64,000 nucleotides of DNA from Candidatus Moraniibacteriota bacterium (GCA_030645735.1 JAUSNP010000003.1:167411-231410), one strand, 5' to 3'; counted from the stretch's first letter, positions 9,350 through 19,257 are shown. A program made the numbers and translations. The notes: generated from the letters alone by a model not told the origin.

Positions 9350-10174
9350 TTATTTTGTGCGAAAAGATTTTAGCAGTTTTATATCAATCACAACTTCATC
9401 ATGTTCAGTTTCCAAAATCATATCAATATTTTTTTCTTGGGCGAGGGCGACAATTTTTTTGAAAGCTTCGGTGCCGATGAGACCTTGGCCGATGTGGGCG
9501 TGGCGATCTTTGTGGGAGGCGCATTCAGTCAGAGAATCATTGGCGTGGATGAGTTTGATTTTGGAAAGACCTATTTCTGAGTCAATTTGTTGCAAAGTTT
9601 TTTCGAAGTCGCGCCAATCATAACCGGATGCAAATGAGTGTTGGGTGTCTATGCAAATGCCATTCAACTTGGGATGGTTCACGTTTTTGATAATCTCGGC
9701 AATTTGTGAAAAAGTTGAGCCGATTATTTTTCCCGAGCCAGCGCTGTTTTCAATGAGAAGTTCGGCGGAGCCAGTGTAACCATCCAAAACTTTTGTGAGC
9801 ATCTCGGAAGTTTTTTTGGTTGCGTCTTCTTCAGAAAGTTCGCCAGCGCTGCCAAGGTGGGTCATGACAAATTGAGCGCCCAAAAGACTGGCGCGTTCCA
9901 ATTCATCGCGCGCCACGCTGATGGAGCCATAGCGGATGCGATTGTTGGCGGAAGCAAAATTGATATAATACGGCGTGTGAATGACAAAATTTGTGATTTT
10001 GTTTTTTTGCATTTCAGCTGAGAAGTTTTCCAAAAGTTCTCGAGTCAATTCTGGGGCTTTGCCGCCTTGAGGAGAGCGGGTGAAAATCTGAAAACATTCC
10101 GCGCCCAAATCAGCGGCTCGTTGTGGGGCATTGAAGATTCCGCCTGCAATTGAAACGTGACAGCCGATATTCAT
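9350..10174 (-). CDS. nfo: Endonuclease IV
   Basis: GCHVSIAGG, HTPYYIN, IENSAG, DTQHSFASGYD, HANDS...DRH, ILET. Confidence 0.95.
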   Translation of the reverse strand: MNIGCHVSIAGGIFNAPQRAADLGAECFQIFTRSPQGGKAPELTRELLENFSAEMQKNKITNFVIHTPYYINFASANNRIRYGSISVARDELERASLLGAQFVMTHLGSAGELSEEDATKKTSEMLTKVLDGYTGSAELLIENSAGSGKIIGSTFSQIAEIIKNVNHPKLNGICIDTQHSFASGYDWRDFEKTLQQIDSEIGLSKIKLIHANDSLTECASHKDRHAHIGQGLIGTEAFKKIVALAQEKNIDMILETEHDEVVIDIKLLKSFRTK

Positions 10175-10268
10175 AAGAGTGGATTAACTGCTTATGACTA
10201 TATTCTAGCATATAATAACAATGTGTACTTCGTACGGTTCGCCACTTTCTTTAGACATGTTCTTGCCC

Positions 10269-10439
10269 TTACTTTTTCTTTCCGCAAGAAAAAGTAACAA
10301 AAAGAACTCTCCGCCGGCTCGTACAAAAATAAATTTTCAACTTATTCGCGAAAAAATACTGGTTGCCCCGCGCCGGACCAGTATTTTTTAGCGCTCATAA
10401 GTTTCAATTTATAGTTTTGTACTACGCAAGGCGGAAGGG
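10269..10439 (+). repeat. Dispersed structured repeat, module type II (copy A)
   Basis: 5' hairpin TTACTTTTTCTT/AAGAAAAAGTAA plus long nested stem; diverged reverse-complement copy at 59229-59403. Confidence 0.8.
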
Positions 10440-10470
10440 TTTTTAAAACAAAAAAAACTAGAAAAACCAA

Positions 10471-10656
10471 TTCGCCCATAACGAAGTGCGTTTCTAAATT
10501 TCAGCGCATGAGCGTTAAGAAATTTTTTGCTACTCCTTTTAGCGGAAAGTCGTCCCTAAAATTTTAGCGAATAAGCTAGAAATTTAGACAGCACGAGTCT
10601 GGGCAGCAGTTTCTTTTCGTCCACTTTCTTTGCTGCCAAAGAAAATGGACACTCTG
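10471..10656 (-). repeat. Dispersed structured repeat, module type I (copy A)
   Basis: Reverse complement of 58995-59180 with 2 mismatches in 186 bp. Confidence 0.92.
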
Positions 10657-10677
10657 TTCTTTGGTAAAAGAAGAATA

Positions 10678-11637
10678 TTAAATGATTTCCCATCCATCCT
10701 TAGTTTCTCGGATAGTGCCTTTGATTTCAAAGCCAGAAGCGAGTTTGTGACCACCACCACCAAATTGGGCGGCGATTTTGGAGACATCTACGCCTTTGTA
10801 TTCTTCAGAGCGCAGGCTGCCCTTGATGACGCCTTCTCCGCGTTCAGAGAGGATGAGGGCGAATTTGGTGCCTGGCACAGTGTTGAGGATGCCGGAAACT
10901 TGAGCAATGTCTTCGGAGCCTGCACCACATTCTTCCAAATCTTTTTGAGTCAGTACTGAAATGATCATGCCGTTAGTTGGATTGATCTTGGCTTTTTCAA
11001 AAGCTTTGCCCCAGAGTTTCAAAGTCGAAATATTTTTATTAGAAAAAGTTGATTCGACTATTTTAGCCAAAGGTGCTCCGCGTTTCATAAGTTGGGAAGC
11101 AATTTCCATGACTTTTGGCGTGGTGTTGGAATGTTGAAATGAACCAGTATCAGACATGATGCCGAGCAATAGAAAGGTTGCCATCTTGCGATTGATTTCA
11201 ACTTTATTGAAAATAAAAAAGTCATAGATAAGCTCACAAACAGAAGAATATTTAGCATCCAGAATGGTGATGTCAGCTTTGACAGTGATGTCTGGATGAT
11301 GATCAATGATAGCGGTGATTTGATTGTCGGCAACGGTATCAATGATTTTGTGAAAGCCACGCTCCACGCTGTCAGCGCCAATGATTAGATTATACTTTTT
11401 CAAATCAAGATTCTCTGGATTGATGAATTTTTCTTCAGAAAAAGAGCGCAAATATTCAGGGAAGGCGTCATAGCAAGTAATGTCAGCTTTTTTGCCAAGG
11501 GTGCGAGCATATTCTTTGAGCGCCAAGACGGAACCAGTTGTGTCTCCATCTGGTCTGGAATGCGCAAAAAGCAGAATCTGTTCAGATTCCTTGATAACAA
11601 AGTTGAGGGTATTAAATTCTTTGGAAAACTTAGCCAT
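10678..11637 (-). CDS. nrnA: DHH/DHHA1 phosphoesterase (NrnA-like)
   Basis: HSRPDGD, IDHH, SDTGSF, GGGGHKLASG. Confidence 0.85.
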   Translation of the reverse strand: MAKFSKEFNTLNFVIKESEQILLFAHSRPDGDTTGSVLALKEYARTLGKKADITCYDAFPEYLRSFSEEKFINPENLDLKKYNLIIGADSVERGFHKIIDTVADNQITAIIDHHPDITVKADITILDAKYSSVCELIYDFFIFNKVEINRKMATFLLLGIMSDTGSFQHSNTTPKVMEIASQLMKRGAPLAKIVESTFSNKNISTLKLWGKAFEKAKINPTNGMIISVLTQKDLEECGAGSEDIAQVSGILNTVPGTKFALILSERGEGVIKGSLRSEEYKGVDVSKIAAQFGGGGHKLASGFEIKGTIRETKDGWEII

Positions 11638-11698
11638 AACTCTTTAATTTACAAAGCCATAATAAAATGCGACTCTTGTCGCATTTTAAGTTGTGTAT

Positions 11699-12028
11699 TT
11701 ATATTTCTCGCAGCAGCCTTTCGATTTCATCAGCTTTGGACTCAGTCCGGTCGGTGATGAATTGAATTTTTGGCAACGGGCGCATATGCAATTTTTTGTT
11801 GAGCGCGCCCTGGATGCGATAGAGTTCTTTCGTGAGAGTCTTTTGCGTATAGTCCATTTCCTTCTCAGGGAAGACACTCACGAATATACGAGTATAGCGA
11901 AGATCAGGCGTAGTGTCAACCTTGGCGATGGTGGCAAAAACACCCTCCTTTAGGGACAGATCTTTAAGGATTATTTCATTAACATGCTGTTTGATCAGCT
12001 CGTTGATTTTTTGAGTTCTTTCGGACAT
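11699..12028 (-). CDS. rbfA: Ribosome-binding factor A
   Basis: Directly downstream of infB; VDTTPDLR and MRPLPKIQF pattern. Confidence 0.9.
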   Translation of the reverse strand: MSERTQKINELIKQHVNEIILKDLSLKEGVFATIAKVDTTPDLRYTRIFVSVFPEKEMDYTQKTLTKELYRIQGALNKKLHMRPLPKIQFITDRTESKADEIERLLREI

Positions 12029-12038
12029 AATATTGTTC

Positions 12039-12215
12039 TAACTTTTCTTTGGCAGCAAAGAAAAGTTACAAAAGAAACTGCCGACGCCGGCTCGTGCTGT
12101 CTAAATTTCTAGCTTACTCGCTAAAATTCCAATAAGTGTTAGAAAAGCTTTCTAGTATGTAATTTTTTAACGCTCGTGCGCTGAAATTTAGAAACGCACT
12201 TCGCAAGGCGCGGAC
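12039..12215 (+). repeat. Dispersed structured repeat, module type I (copy B), between infB and rbfA
   Basis: TTTCTTTGGCAGCAAAGAAA...GTGCTGTCTAAATTTCTAGC...GAAATTTAGAAACGCAC shared with the other copies. Confidence 0.9.
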
Positions 12216-12236
12216 ATTTTTTTAAAATTATTAAAA

Positions 12237-14018
12237 TTACAGGGTTTTCTTTTTGACTTCCTCGGTGTAGCAGACGATGGTATCGCCTTCTTTGATTTTG
12301 GTTTCGCCGTCAAAGGTGATGCCACATTCGTTGTTCTTAGTTACTTCGTCTACATCAACTTTGTTTTGTTGCAAATTTATCAGCTTGCCTTTGCCGATGA
12401 TGGCATCGTTGCGCATAACTTCAATCAAGCAATTTTTGGCAATCTTGCCAGAAACAACTTTTCCACCAACGATCATATCTTTCTTGCCAGTTTTGAAAAG
12501 GGCCAAAACTGTCATCTTACCAAAATCAGTTCGCTCAATAGTTGGTGGTAGCATTTCAGTTAATCTATTTTTAATGTCAGACACTAATTCATAAATGATT
12601 TTGTAGTTTTTGACTTCAACCTTGCTAGACTCAGCCATTCTCTTAGCCACTGGAGTAGTTTCAATGTTGAAACCAAAGATAACTGCGTTAGCGCTTTGCG
12701 CTAGGCGTACATCAGACTCAGTAGTGTTCCCAACTCCGATACCAATATAGTTGACTGCTACTTCATCAGATTTGATTTCGCTTAGAATTTGTTGAATGGC
12801 TTCAAGTGAGCCTTGCACATCTGATTTGAGAATCACATTTAGTTTTTGAATTTTTTCATCACCGATAGCTTTGTAAATTTTTTGCGCATTGAGTTCGCCT
12901 GGTCGGCCAATTGGACCACTGTTACTAGCGCGAAGCGCTTCAGCGCGGGCAATGGACTTTCCGCTCACGACTTGCAAGATGTCGTTGGTGTTGGAAGTTG
13001 TATTGAGCCCAATCAAACTGATTGGAGTTGAAGGGCCAGCTTCGAGCAGTTTCTTGCCAGCAAAATCTTCAATTCTTCGTACGCGACCGTGAGCTGATCC
13101 AGCAATGATATCCTGACCTTCTTTGAGAGTTCCAGTTTTGATAAGAATTGTAGCTACTGGCCCTTTTTGTGGATCAAGATGTGATTCCAGAACAACACCC
13201 AAGGCATCTCTTTTTGCGTCAGATTTGAAATCTTCCACTTCAGCCACAAGCAAGATATTTTCCAAAAGATTATCAATCCCAATATTTTGTTTGGCGCTAA
13301 CTTCACAGCACAAAGTTTGCCCACCCCATTCTTCGACCATAATCCCATTCTCACCCAATTCTTGTTTAACTCTTTGGATATTCGCCTCAGGCTTATCAAC
13401 TTTATTGATAGCGACAATGGTTGGAATTTTTTTAGCTAGGAGATATTCAATAACTTCTTTAGTTTGCGGACGCACGCCGTCATCAGCAGCGACCACTAAA
13501 ACTGCAATGTCAGCGATAGAAACACCTCGTTCGCGCATAGCGCTAAAGGCTTCATGCCCCGGAGTGTCGACAAAAGTGATGAGTTGACCTTTGCGTTTGG
13601 CTTGGTAGGCGCTGATGTGCTGAGTGATGCCACCAGATTCTTTGGCAGCCACACTGGCTTTGCGGATTGTGTCGAGCAAGGTAGTTTTTCCGTGGTCAAC
13701 ATGTCCTAAAATAGTTACGATTGGAGGTCTAGACTGCAGATTTTCTCCAGCTTCATTTTCTTTCTTGAGCATTTCAATCATTTTTTCCAATGTCATTGAT
13801 TCATCAGCCACAATGATATCTTCCTGAACTTCAAAACCAAGATCCTGCGCAATGATGGAGGCAGTTTCAAAATCTATTTTCTCATTGATGGTGGCAAGGA
13901 TGCCATTTTTCATGAGTTCTGTAATAACTGTGCCTAGTGACAACTCTAAAAGTTCACTGAATTTTTTGACAGTGACAGTGGCTGGCAATTTGACAATTTT
14001 TTTGATATCTTCGGACAT
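12237..14018 (-). CDS. infB: Translation initiation factor IF-2
   Basis: RPPIVTILGHVDHGKTTLLD, DTPGHEAF, NKVD; start at ATG 14018. Confidence 0.97.
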   Translation of the reverse strand: MSEDIKKIVKLPATVTVKKFSELLELSLGTVITELMKNGILATINEKIDFETASIIAQDLGFEVQEDIIVADESMTLEKMIEMLKKENEAGENLQSRPPIVTILGHVDHGKTTLLDTIRKASVAAKESGGITQHISAYQAKRKGQLITFVDTPGHEAFSAMRERGVSIADIAVLVVAADDGVRPQTKEVIEYLLAKKIPTIVAINKVDKPEANIQRVKQELGENGIMVEEWGGQTLCCEVSAKQNIGIDNLLENILLVAEVEDFKSDAKRDALGVVLESHLDPQKGPVATILIKTGTLKEGQDIIAGSAHGRVRRIEDFAGKKLLEAGPSTPISLIGLNTTSNTNDILQVVSGKSIARAEALRASNSGPIGRPGELNAQKIYKAIGDEKIQKLNVILKSDVQGSLEAIQQILSEIKSDEVAVNYIGIGVGNTTESDVRLAQSANAVIFGFNIETTPVAKRMAESSKVEVKNYKIIYELVSDIKNRLTEMLPPTIERTDFGKMTVLALFKTGKKDMIVGGKVVSGKIAKNCLIEVMRNDAIIGKGKLINLQQNKVDVDEVTKNNECGITFDGETKIKEGDTIVCYTEEVKKKTL

Positions 14019-14114
14019 TTTTTTTAAATAATCAATAACCAAGAAACAAATAACAAACAATATTCAATTATCAAATTTCAATATACAAACTGTTGGTTAT
14101 TGGAATTTGAGATT

Positions 14115-14134
14115 CCTGCCTGCCAGCAGGCAGG
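14115..14134. repeat. 20-bp palindrome family copy (CCTGCCTGCCAGCAGGCAGG)
   Basis: One central difference from the copies at 6404 and 14919. Confidence 0.85.
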
Positions 14135-14189
14135 TGTTTGGTTATTGTATCTTGTTTCTTGTATCTTGCGTAGTGATTATTTTTAAAAC

Positions 14190-14705
14190 TTATATTTTCT
14201 TAGTATCAGCCACTTTAGCCAGCTTGATGGCTTGCTTTTCCTCTTCAGTGAGGGGATATTTTTCTGATTCTCCGGCAGTTATGGCTTTGGCATAAACACG
14301 AGTTCCTTCGCGGGTATATAAGGAGGAGATGGTTAGGCCATTATTTTTGCCATTCAGCATAGCAATGGCAAAGCTTTGATCGCCACCCACATCTTTGAAT
14401 GGGTTATATCGAATTACGGCAACCTTGTGTAGTCCTTTGTAGGCCTGCATATTTATCTGATTGGAAATGTTGTATAGCTCCTGAATATCCTTGTCCAGAG
14501 CCTTAATCGACTTGGAATGACCAATAATAATGTCTTCAACATTTTTAACATTATTACCAGCAAAGAACTCAAGATTCTTTTTGTTGATCTTTCTGATGCT
14601 TATTTGAAGCAAAAAAATCCAAATAAGCATAGCAAGAATTATCATAAATAGGGTTATGATAATTATTGGCTCGTAATTACGCAATAAATTTAGGATAGGT
14701 TGCAT
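14190..14705 (-). CDS. DUF4446-like membrane-anchored protein
   Basis: N-terminal TM; RYNPFKDVGGDQSFAIA...TRVYAK. Confidence 0.8.
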   Translation of the reverse strand: MQPILNLLRNYEPIIIITLFMIILAMLIWIFLLQISIRKINKKNLEFFAGNNVKNVEDIIIGHSKSIKALDKDIQELYNISNQINMQAYKGLHKVAVIRYNPFKDVGGDQSFAIAMLNGKNNGLTISSLYTREGTRVYAKAITAGESEKYPLTEEEKQAIKLAKVADTKKI

Positions 14706-14804
14706 AAAAATGGCTTATTTGTATATTAAAGCTAGCATTTATAGGGCGTTATGTAAAGGTCGCCTACGTAAATCATCTGAATGATTTGCTTCAGCGAACT
14801 AAAG

Positions 14805-14891
14805 CGGAGAGTACAGGAGTTGAACCTGTGAGGAGATTGCTCCCCAACCGCATTTCGAGTGCGGCGCGTTAGACCACTCTGCCAACTCTCC
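14805..14891 (-). tRNA. tRNA-Ser(CGA)
   Basis: Reverse complement GGAGAGTTGGCAGAGTGGTCTAACGCG-CCGCA-CT-CGA-AA-TGCGG, long variable arm. Confidence 0.93.
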
Positions 14892-14912
14892 GTATTTTTT
14901 TAGTGACAACTT

Positions 14913-14962
14913 AGTGCCCCTGCCTGCCGGCAGGCAGGTTCAACCAACTCGGCCACTCTTCC
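14913..14962 (-). pseudogene. tRNA-Ser-like 5' fragment with the 20-bp palindrome inserted in the D-loop region
   Basis: Reverse complement GGAAGAGTGGCCGAGTTGGTTGAA[CCTGCCTGCCGGCAGGCAGG]GGCAC; insert at 14919-14938. Confidence 0.7.
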
Positions 14963-15078
14963 ATATCACAGGTTGTTTATTAAAGTTACCTTATTTTGTG
15001 AATGTTATCAACAGCAACCAAGATTATTCTGGTTGTTGAAATGTTATTTTTGTTGTAGAATAAAATTAATAAAATAAT

Positions 15079-15663
15079 ATGTCTTCGGAAAATATGACCA
15101 ATGAAATTGAGTCTAGCAAAGTTCAGTCTTTCACGGTTAAGTTTATTAATCCGGAAGCGGTGATTGAAAAAATTGATATACCCAATGGAAGTGTGGTAGC
15201 TGATTTTGGTTGTGGCAGTGGTTATTTTTCTTTGCCAATTGCGAAAAAAATTGGCGAGCAGGGCGTAGTGTATTCTTTAGATATTCTTCCGCAGAGTCTC
15301 GAGACTGTGGCTAGCCAAGCCAAGACTGCTGGGCTCACTAATATTGTAACTAAGCGAGTCAACTTGGAAAAAGCTGGGGGATCACGATTGCCAGATGCAA
15401 GCTGCGATTGGGTGATTATGAAAGATATGCTTTTTCAGAATACAAATAAAAAAGTTATATTAGAAGAAGGCAGGAGGGTTCTCAAGGATGGAGGCAGAAT
15501 TCTGTTGATTGAATGGAATCTAGAGGATGCTTCAATTGGGCCAAACAAAAGTTTGCGAATTTCCAAGGAGGCTTTGACTGAACTGATTCAACAAACCAAT
15601 TTGAGTGTTTTGCAAGAAGTCCCCGTTAGCAATTTTCATTATGGCCTGATATTGGTTAAATAA
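15079..15663 (+). CDS. Class I SAM-dependent methyltransferase
   Basis: VADFGCGSGYF, RVLKDGGRILLIEW. Confidence 0.9.
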   Translation: MSSENMTNEIESSKVQSFTVKFINPEAVIEKIDIPNGSVVADFGCGSGYFSLPIAKKIGEQGVVYSLDILPQSLETVASQAKTAGLTNIVTKRVNLEKAGGSRLPDASCDWVIMKDMLFQNTNKKVILEEGRRVLKDGGRILLIEWNLEDASIGPNKSLRISKEALTELIQQTNLSVLQEVPVSNFHYGLILVK

Positions 15664-15706
15664 AATATTTTGCGGAGGCTTAGTTTAGATTAAAAATAAA
15701 AAAAAG

Positions 15707-17119
15707 ATGAAACTAAAAAGTAGAATTTTTTTATCAATGTTTATCATAGCCAGTTTGGTTGTGGTTTCTGGTTTTGGTTGCAAGCAAACAAATCCGAAGA
15801 AATATCTAATTAATTTAGAGGTTTGGGGCTTGTTTGATGATCAAGATACTTTTGCGGAAATAATTGATAATTACAAAAAAACTAATCCGAATATTGGGAA
15901 GATTACCTACAAAAAGTTAATGCCGGACACATATAAGCAAGAAGTTATGGACGCGTTGGCAGCAGGAAATGGCCCAGATATTTTCTTGATTCAAAATAAT
16001 TGGTTAGCCCCATTTGCTAATAAGATTTATCCTGCGCCCCTAACTTTTCTGACGGAAAAAAGATTCAAGGATAATTTTGTAGATGTGGTGGCACAAGATT
16101 TTTTGAACACTGATGGTGCCTATGCGGTTCCACTGAGCGTGGATTCTTTGGGTCTCTATTATAACAAGGATCTTTTCAATGCCGCTGGTATAACTAATCC
16201 GCCGAAAGATTGGAATGAATTTGTGGAAACTTCTAGAAAATTAACCAAGCTTGATGCTAGTAATCAAATTGTTATTTCAGGCGCAGCTATGGGTACAGCT
16301 TATAATATTAATCGGTCAACTGACATTTTGAATCTGTTGATGTTGCAAAATCAAACGGAGATGATTGACGCGACTGGCGGACGAGCAATGTTCGATCAAA
16401 TTGCTAAGAAAGAGGGTCGAAGTTCGATTCCGGGGCAAGAGGCTTTGGATTTTTACACTCAATTTGCCAACAGCAGTTCATCACAATATTCATGGAATTC
16501 AAAAATGCATTATTCAACGGACGCTTTCAGTGAAGGCACATTGGGAATGATGGTGAATTATTCTTGGCAAATGGATACAATCGCTAAAAAATCTCCGAAA
16601 TTGAATTTTGCGGTGGCTCCAGTGCCACAACTGCCTGAGAGCGTGCCCGTAAATTATGCCAACTATTGGGCGTTTGCAGTGGCAAAAAACAAAACACCTG
16701 ATACGGCGGGCATTCCACCAGCGCAAGCGGCCTTGGTGACCAATGATATCCGTGTGGCAGAAGCTTGGGGATTTTTGCTCTATCTGACAACCAAACCAGA
16801 ACAATCGGTGGCGACTTCCACTGGTGTGTCTGGCGCAGGCCAAACAGTGAATTTGAATTTTGATCCAGCCAAAAATTATTTAGAAAAAACCCACAAGGTC
16901 GCAGCTCGACGGGACTTGATTGAACAACAAAAAACGGATGCCAAGCTTGGACCATTCGCAGAGGGGAATTTGATTGCAAAAAATTGGTATCAAATAAATT
17001 CAGAAGCCATTGAATATTTATTTGCTGATATGATCAATCAAGTTAACCGTGGGCAGTCTTCGGTGGCCGATGCTCTCAAAACAGCGGCAGTGGCCGTGAG
17101 CCAAATGATGAGTAAGTAA
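15707..17119 (+). CDS. Extracellular solute-binding lipoprotein (sugar ABC family 1-like)
   Basis: Lipobox-like GFGC; GNGPDIF, LGLYYNKDLF, PPKDWNEF. Confidence 0.85.
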   Translation: MKLKSRIFLSMFIIASLVVVSGFGCKQTNPKKYLINLEVWGLFDDQDTFAEIIDNYKKTNPNIGKITYKKLMPDTYKQEVMDALAAGNGPDIFLIQNNWLAPFANKIYPAPLTFLTEKRFKDNFVDVVAQDFLNTDGAYAVPLSVDSLGLYYNKDLFNAAGITNPPKDWNEFVETSRKLTKLDASNQIVISGAAMGTAYNINRSTDILNLLMLQNQTEMIDATGGRAMFDQIAKKEGRSSIPGQEALDFYTQFANSSSSQYSWNSKMHYSTDAFSEGTLGMMVNYSWQMDTIAKKSPKLNFAVAPVPQLPESVPVNYANYWAFAVAKNKTPDTAGIPPAQAALVTNDIRVAEAWGFLLYLTTKPEQSVATSTGVSGAGQTVNLNFDPAKNYLEKTHKVAARRDLIEQQKTDAKLGPFAEGNLIAKNWYQINSEAIEYLFADMINQVNRGQSSVADALKTAAVAVSQMMSK

Positions 17120-17146
17120 GTTTGTTTAAATTAAATTTGTATAAAA

Positions 17147-18421
17147 ATGAAAATTAAATTAGTCATAGGTTTATTCTTGTTGTCGATATTTTTGTTGGTT
17201 CCAACAATTAGTCTGGCTGTTGATGGGGATTATGGCAGTGTTAATTTGGCGCCAGCCAACAATGCTGCTGGCGGACTGGTGCCATGTGGAAATGGTGGCG
17301 TGGAAACTGCTTGTACGCTGTGTCACTTCGTGATTGGTTTTCAAAATCTGGTGAATTTTATGCTGAAGCTGGTGATTACGATGGGGTTTGTGGGGATTTT
17401 TGCGGCGGGTGTGATGTATATCATTTCGGCGGGTGATGACAAAATGATGGGCAGCGCCAAGAGCGCCTTGACTGCTAGTCTAATTGGATTTGGTATCGTG
17501 ATGGGGGCATGGCTGATTGTGAATGTGACCATCTGGGCTCTGGGCGCCAACATTGGTGTGGCCACAGGACAAAATTGGTATGATTTTAATTGTTCGACAA
17601 GAAGTTCGACAGTTCCAAATTCAGCACCGGTGGTGACAGCAGAAAATTGTTGTGTTGTTGGACCTGGTCGTTGCTCTCATGTGAAAGATTCTAGTGAATG
17701 TTCATCTGGAACATATAAAACTGGATCCTGTGCAGACATAGCAGATTGTCTAAATGGCGGTACAGAATGTGGAATAGGTGGAATTGGACAATGTAAATCG
17801 GGCGTACTTCCGGGAACTTGTCCAGATGGTTGGAGTGCTACGATGGGAAATCTTTCCAACCCGTGTGTCAGTGGTACAAAATGCTGTGCAAAAAATGGTG
17901 AGGCCCCTGAAACATGTGCAGGTGGTTCTGGAAAGTGTTTTTATGGTTCACTTGTTTGTCCATTAGGATATGGTAATAGTCTTGGATTATGTTCAGCGTC
18001 AACATCCGCCTGTTGTGCAAAGAATGGTGAATCAACTGAAGTCTGTGCAGGTGGTGCAGGTAAATGTTTCAACGGCACAAGTGTTTGTCCGACAGGGTAT
18101 ACTAGTAATGTTGGTACTTGTTCAACAGCACAGTCCGTATGTTGCACATCTCCCGCAACTGTTGCCCCTGGAATTGTATGTGGCATAAATAGTTTAGGAG
18201 AATGTAAGGCCGGAATTTGTCCAGATAACTATAGTGTGATATTGGGGAGTCCAACTAACCCTTGTCCAAATGGAACAAATTGTTGCGCGAAGAGTGGTGA
18301 ATCAACTGAGACTTGTGCTGGTGGTGCAGGTAAATGTTTTTATGGCACTAGCTCATGTCCTCCTAATCGCACACGTACTGTTGGTATATGTTCGGCGTTG
18401 CAATCGGCTTGTTGTAAATAA
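17147..18421 (+). CDS. Pilin-like (TrbC/VirB2-type, CPR) membrane protein with C-terminal Cys-rich repeats
   Basis: GLVPCG, GVMYIISAGD..M..AK two-TM pilin motif; five six-Cys repeats ending in CC. Confidence 0.75.
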   Translation: MKIKLVIGLFLLSIFLLVPTISLAVDGDYGSVNLAPANNAAGGLVPCGNGGVETACTLCHFVIGFQNLVNFMLKLVITMGFVGIFAAGVMYIISAGDDKMMGSAKSALTASLIGFGIVMGAWLIVNVTIWALGANIGVATGQNWYDFNCSTRSSTVPNSAPVVTAENCCVVGPGRCSHVKDSSECSSGTYKTGSCADIADCLNGGTECGIGGIGQCKSGVLPGTCPDGWSATMGNLSNPCVSGTKCCAKNGEAPETCAGGSGKCFYGSLVCPLGYGNSLGLCSASTSACCAKNGESTEVCAGGAGKCFNGTSVCPTGYTSNVGTCSTAQSVCCTSPATVAPGIVCGINSLGECKAGICPDNYSVILGSPTNPCPNGTNCCAKSGESTETCAGGAGKCFYGTSSCPPNRTRTVGICSALQSACCK

Positions 18422-18435
18422 TTTTAAATAAAAAA

Positions 18436-19257
18436 ATGAAAATCAAAATAATCACGATTTTATTTCTGCTGGGATTTTTTACTGCAAATGTTACAAGTGC
18501 AGCCGGCATAATAGAAGATATGGCAAATAGCGCTACGCAAAATGCAACAACCTATGTTGAAAACGCAGCAGCTGACAAAGTAAATGATCTAAAAGCTCAG
18601 GCAACGGGACAGGTTATGGAGCAAATTAACAAATATGCCCCATCAACAACCGCAACAACCTCAACGCCAGTGGCGCAACCAGTTGCTAGTTCTGGTACAG
18701 TATCGAGTACAGGTGCATGTGGCGCAAATCAATTTTGCAATCCATTGGGCAACGTGAACACTGTGTCGGGTGTGTTGAGCAACATCCTCAGCAATTTGAA
18801 AGGCGTCATCGCCAGCATCGCCATTGTATTTATTGTGGTGGGTGGCTTTATGTATATTCTTTCAGCTGGTGACGAGAAGATGATCACCAAAGCCAAAGCT
18901 ACAATTGGTGGCGCTTTGATTGGTTTGGCTATCGCTTTGGCGGCGCCAACATTCCTAAAAGAAATTGTGGCGATTCTGTCCACGGGCGATGGTGCTAGTG
19001 CTGATGCTGCCGTGGCTGCCGCGCCAACAATCAAGCAAATCGCGACCAGAGTTTTGAATTTACTGTTGTCGCTTGTCGGAATTATTGCTATGATTGGTTT
19101 AGTGATTGGTGGTTCATTTTATCTCACTGCCTATGGAGATGAAAAGAAAATTGAAACTGGTAAAAAGATTATTACCAATTCAATGATTGGAATTGCCGTA
19201 GCAATGATAGCCTTGGTGCTGGTGAGACAAATCGCTGGATTGCTAGGAGTTCAATAA
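18436..19257 (+). CDS. Pilin-like protein with two tandem pilin domains
   Basis: GFMYILSAGDEKMITKAK and GSFYLTAYGDEKKIETGKK. Confidence 0.8.
   Translation: MKIKIITILFLLGFFTANVTSAAGIIEDMANSATQNATTYVENAAADKVNDLKAQATGQVMEQINKYAPSTTATTSTPVAQPVASSGTVSSTGACGANQFCNPLGNVNTVSGVLSNILSNLKGVIASIAIVFIVVGGFMYILSAGDEKMITKAKATIGGALIGLAIALAAPTFLKEIVAILSTGDGASADAAVAAAPTIKQIATRVLNLLLSLVGIIAMIGLVIGGSFYLTAYGDEKKIETGKKIITNSMIGIAVAMIALVLVRQIAGLLGVQ

Noticed and set aside
10584-10787. Small ORFs over the structured repeats (also 31202-31411, 59226-59459)
   Set aside because: Not conserved in frame between repeat copies.
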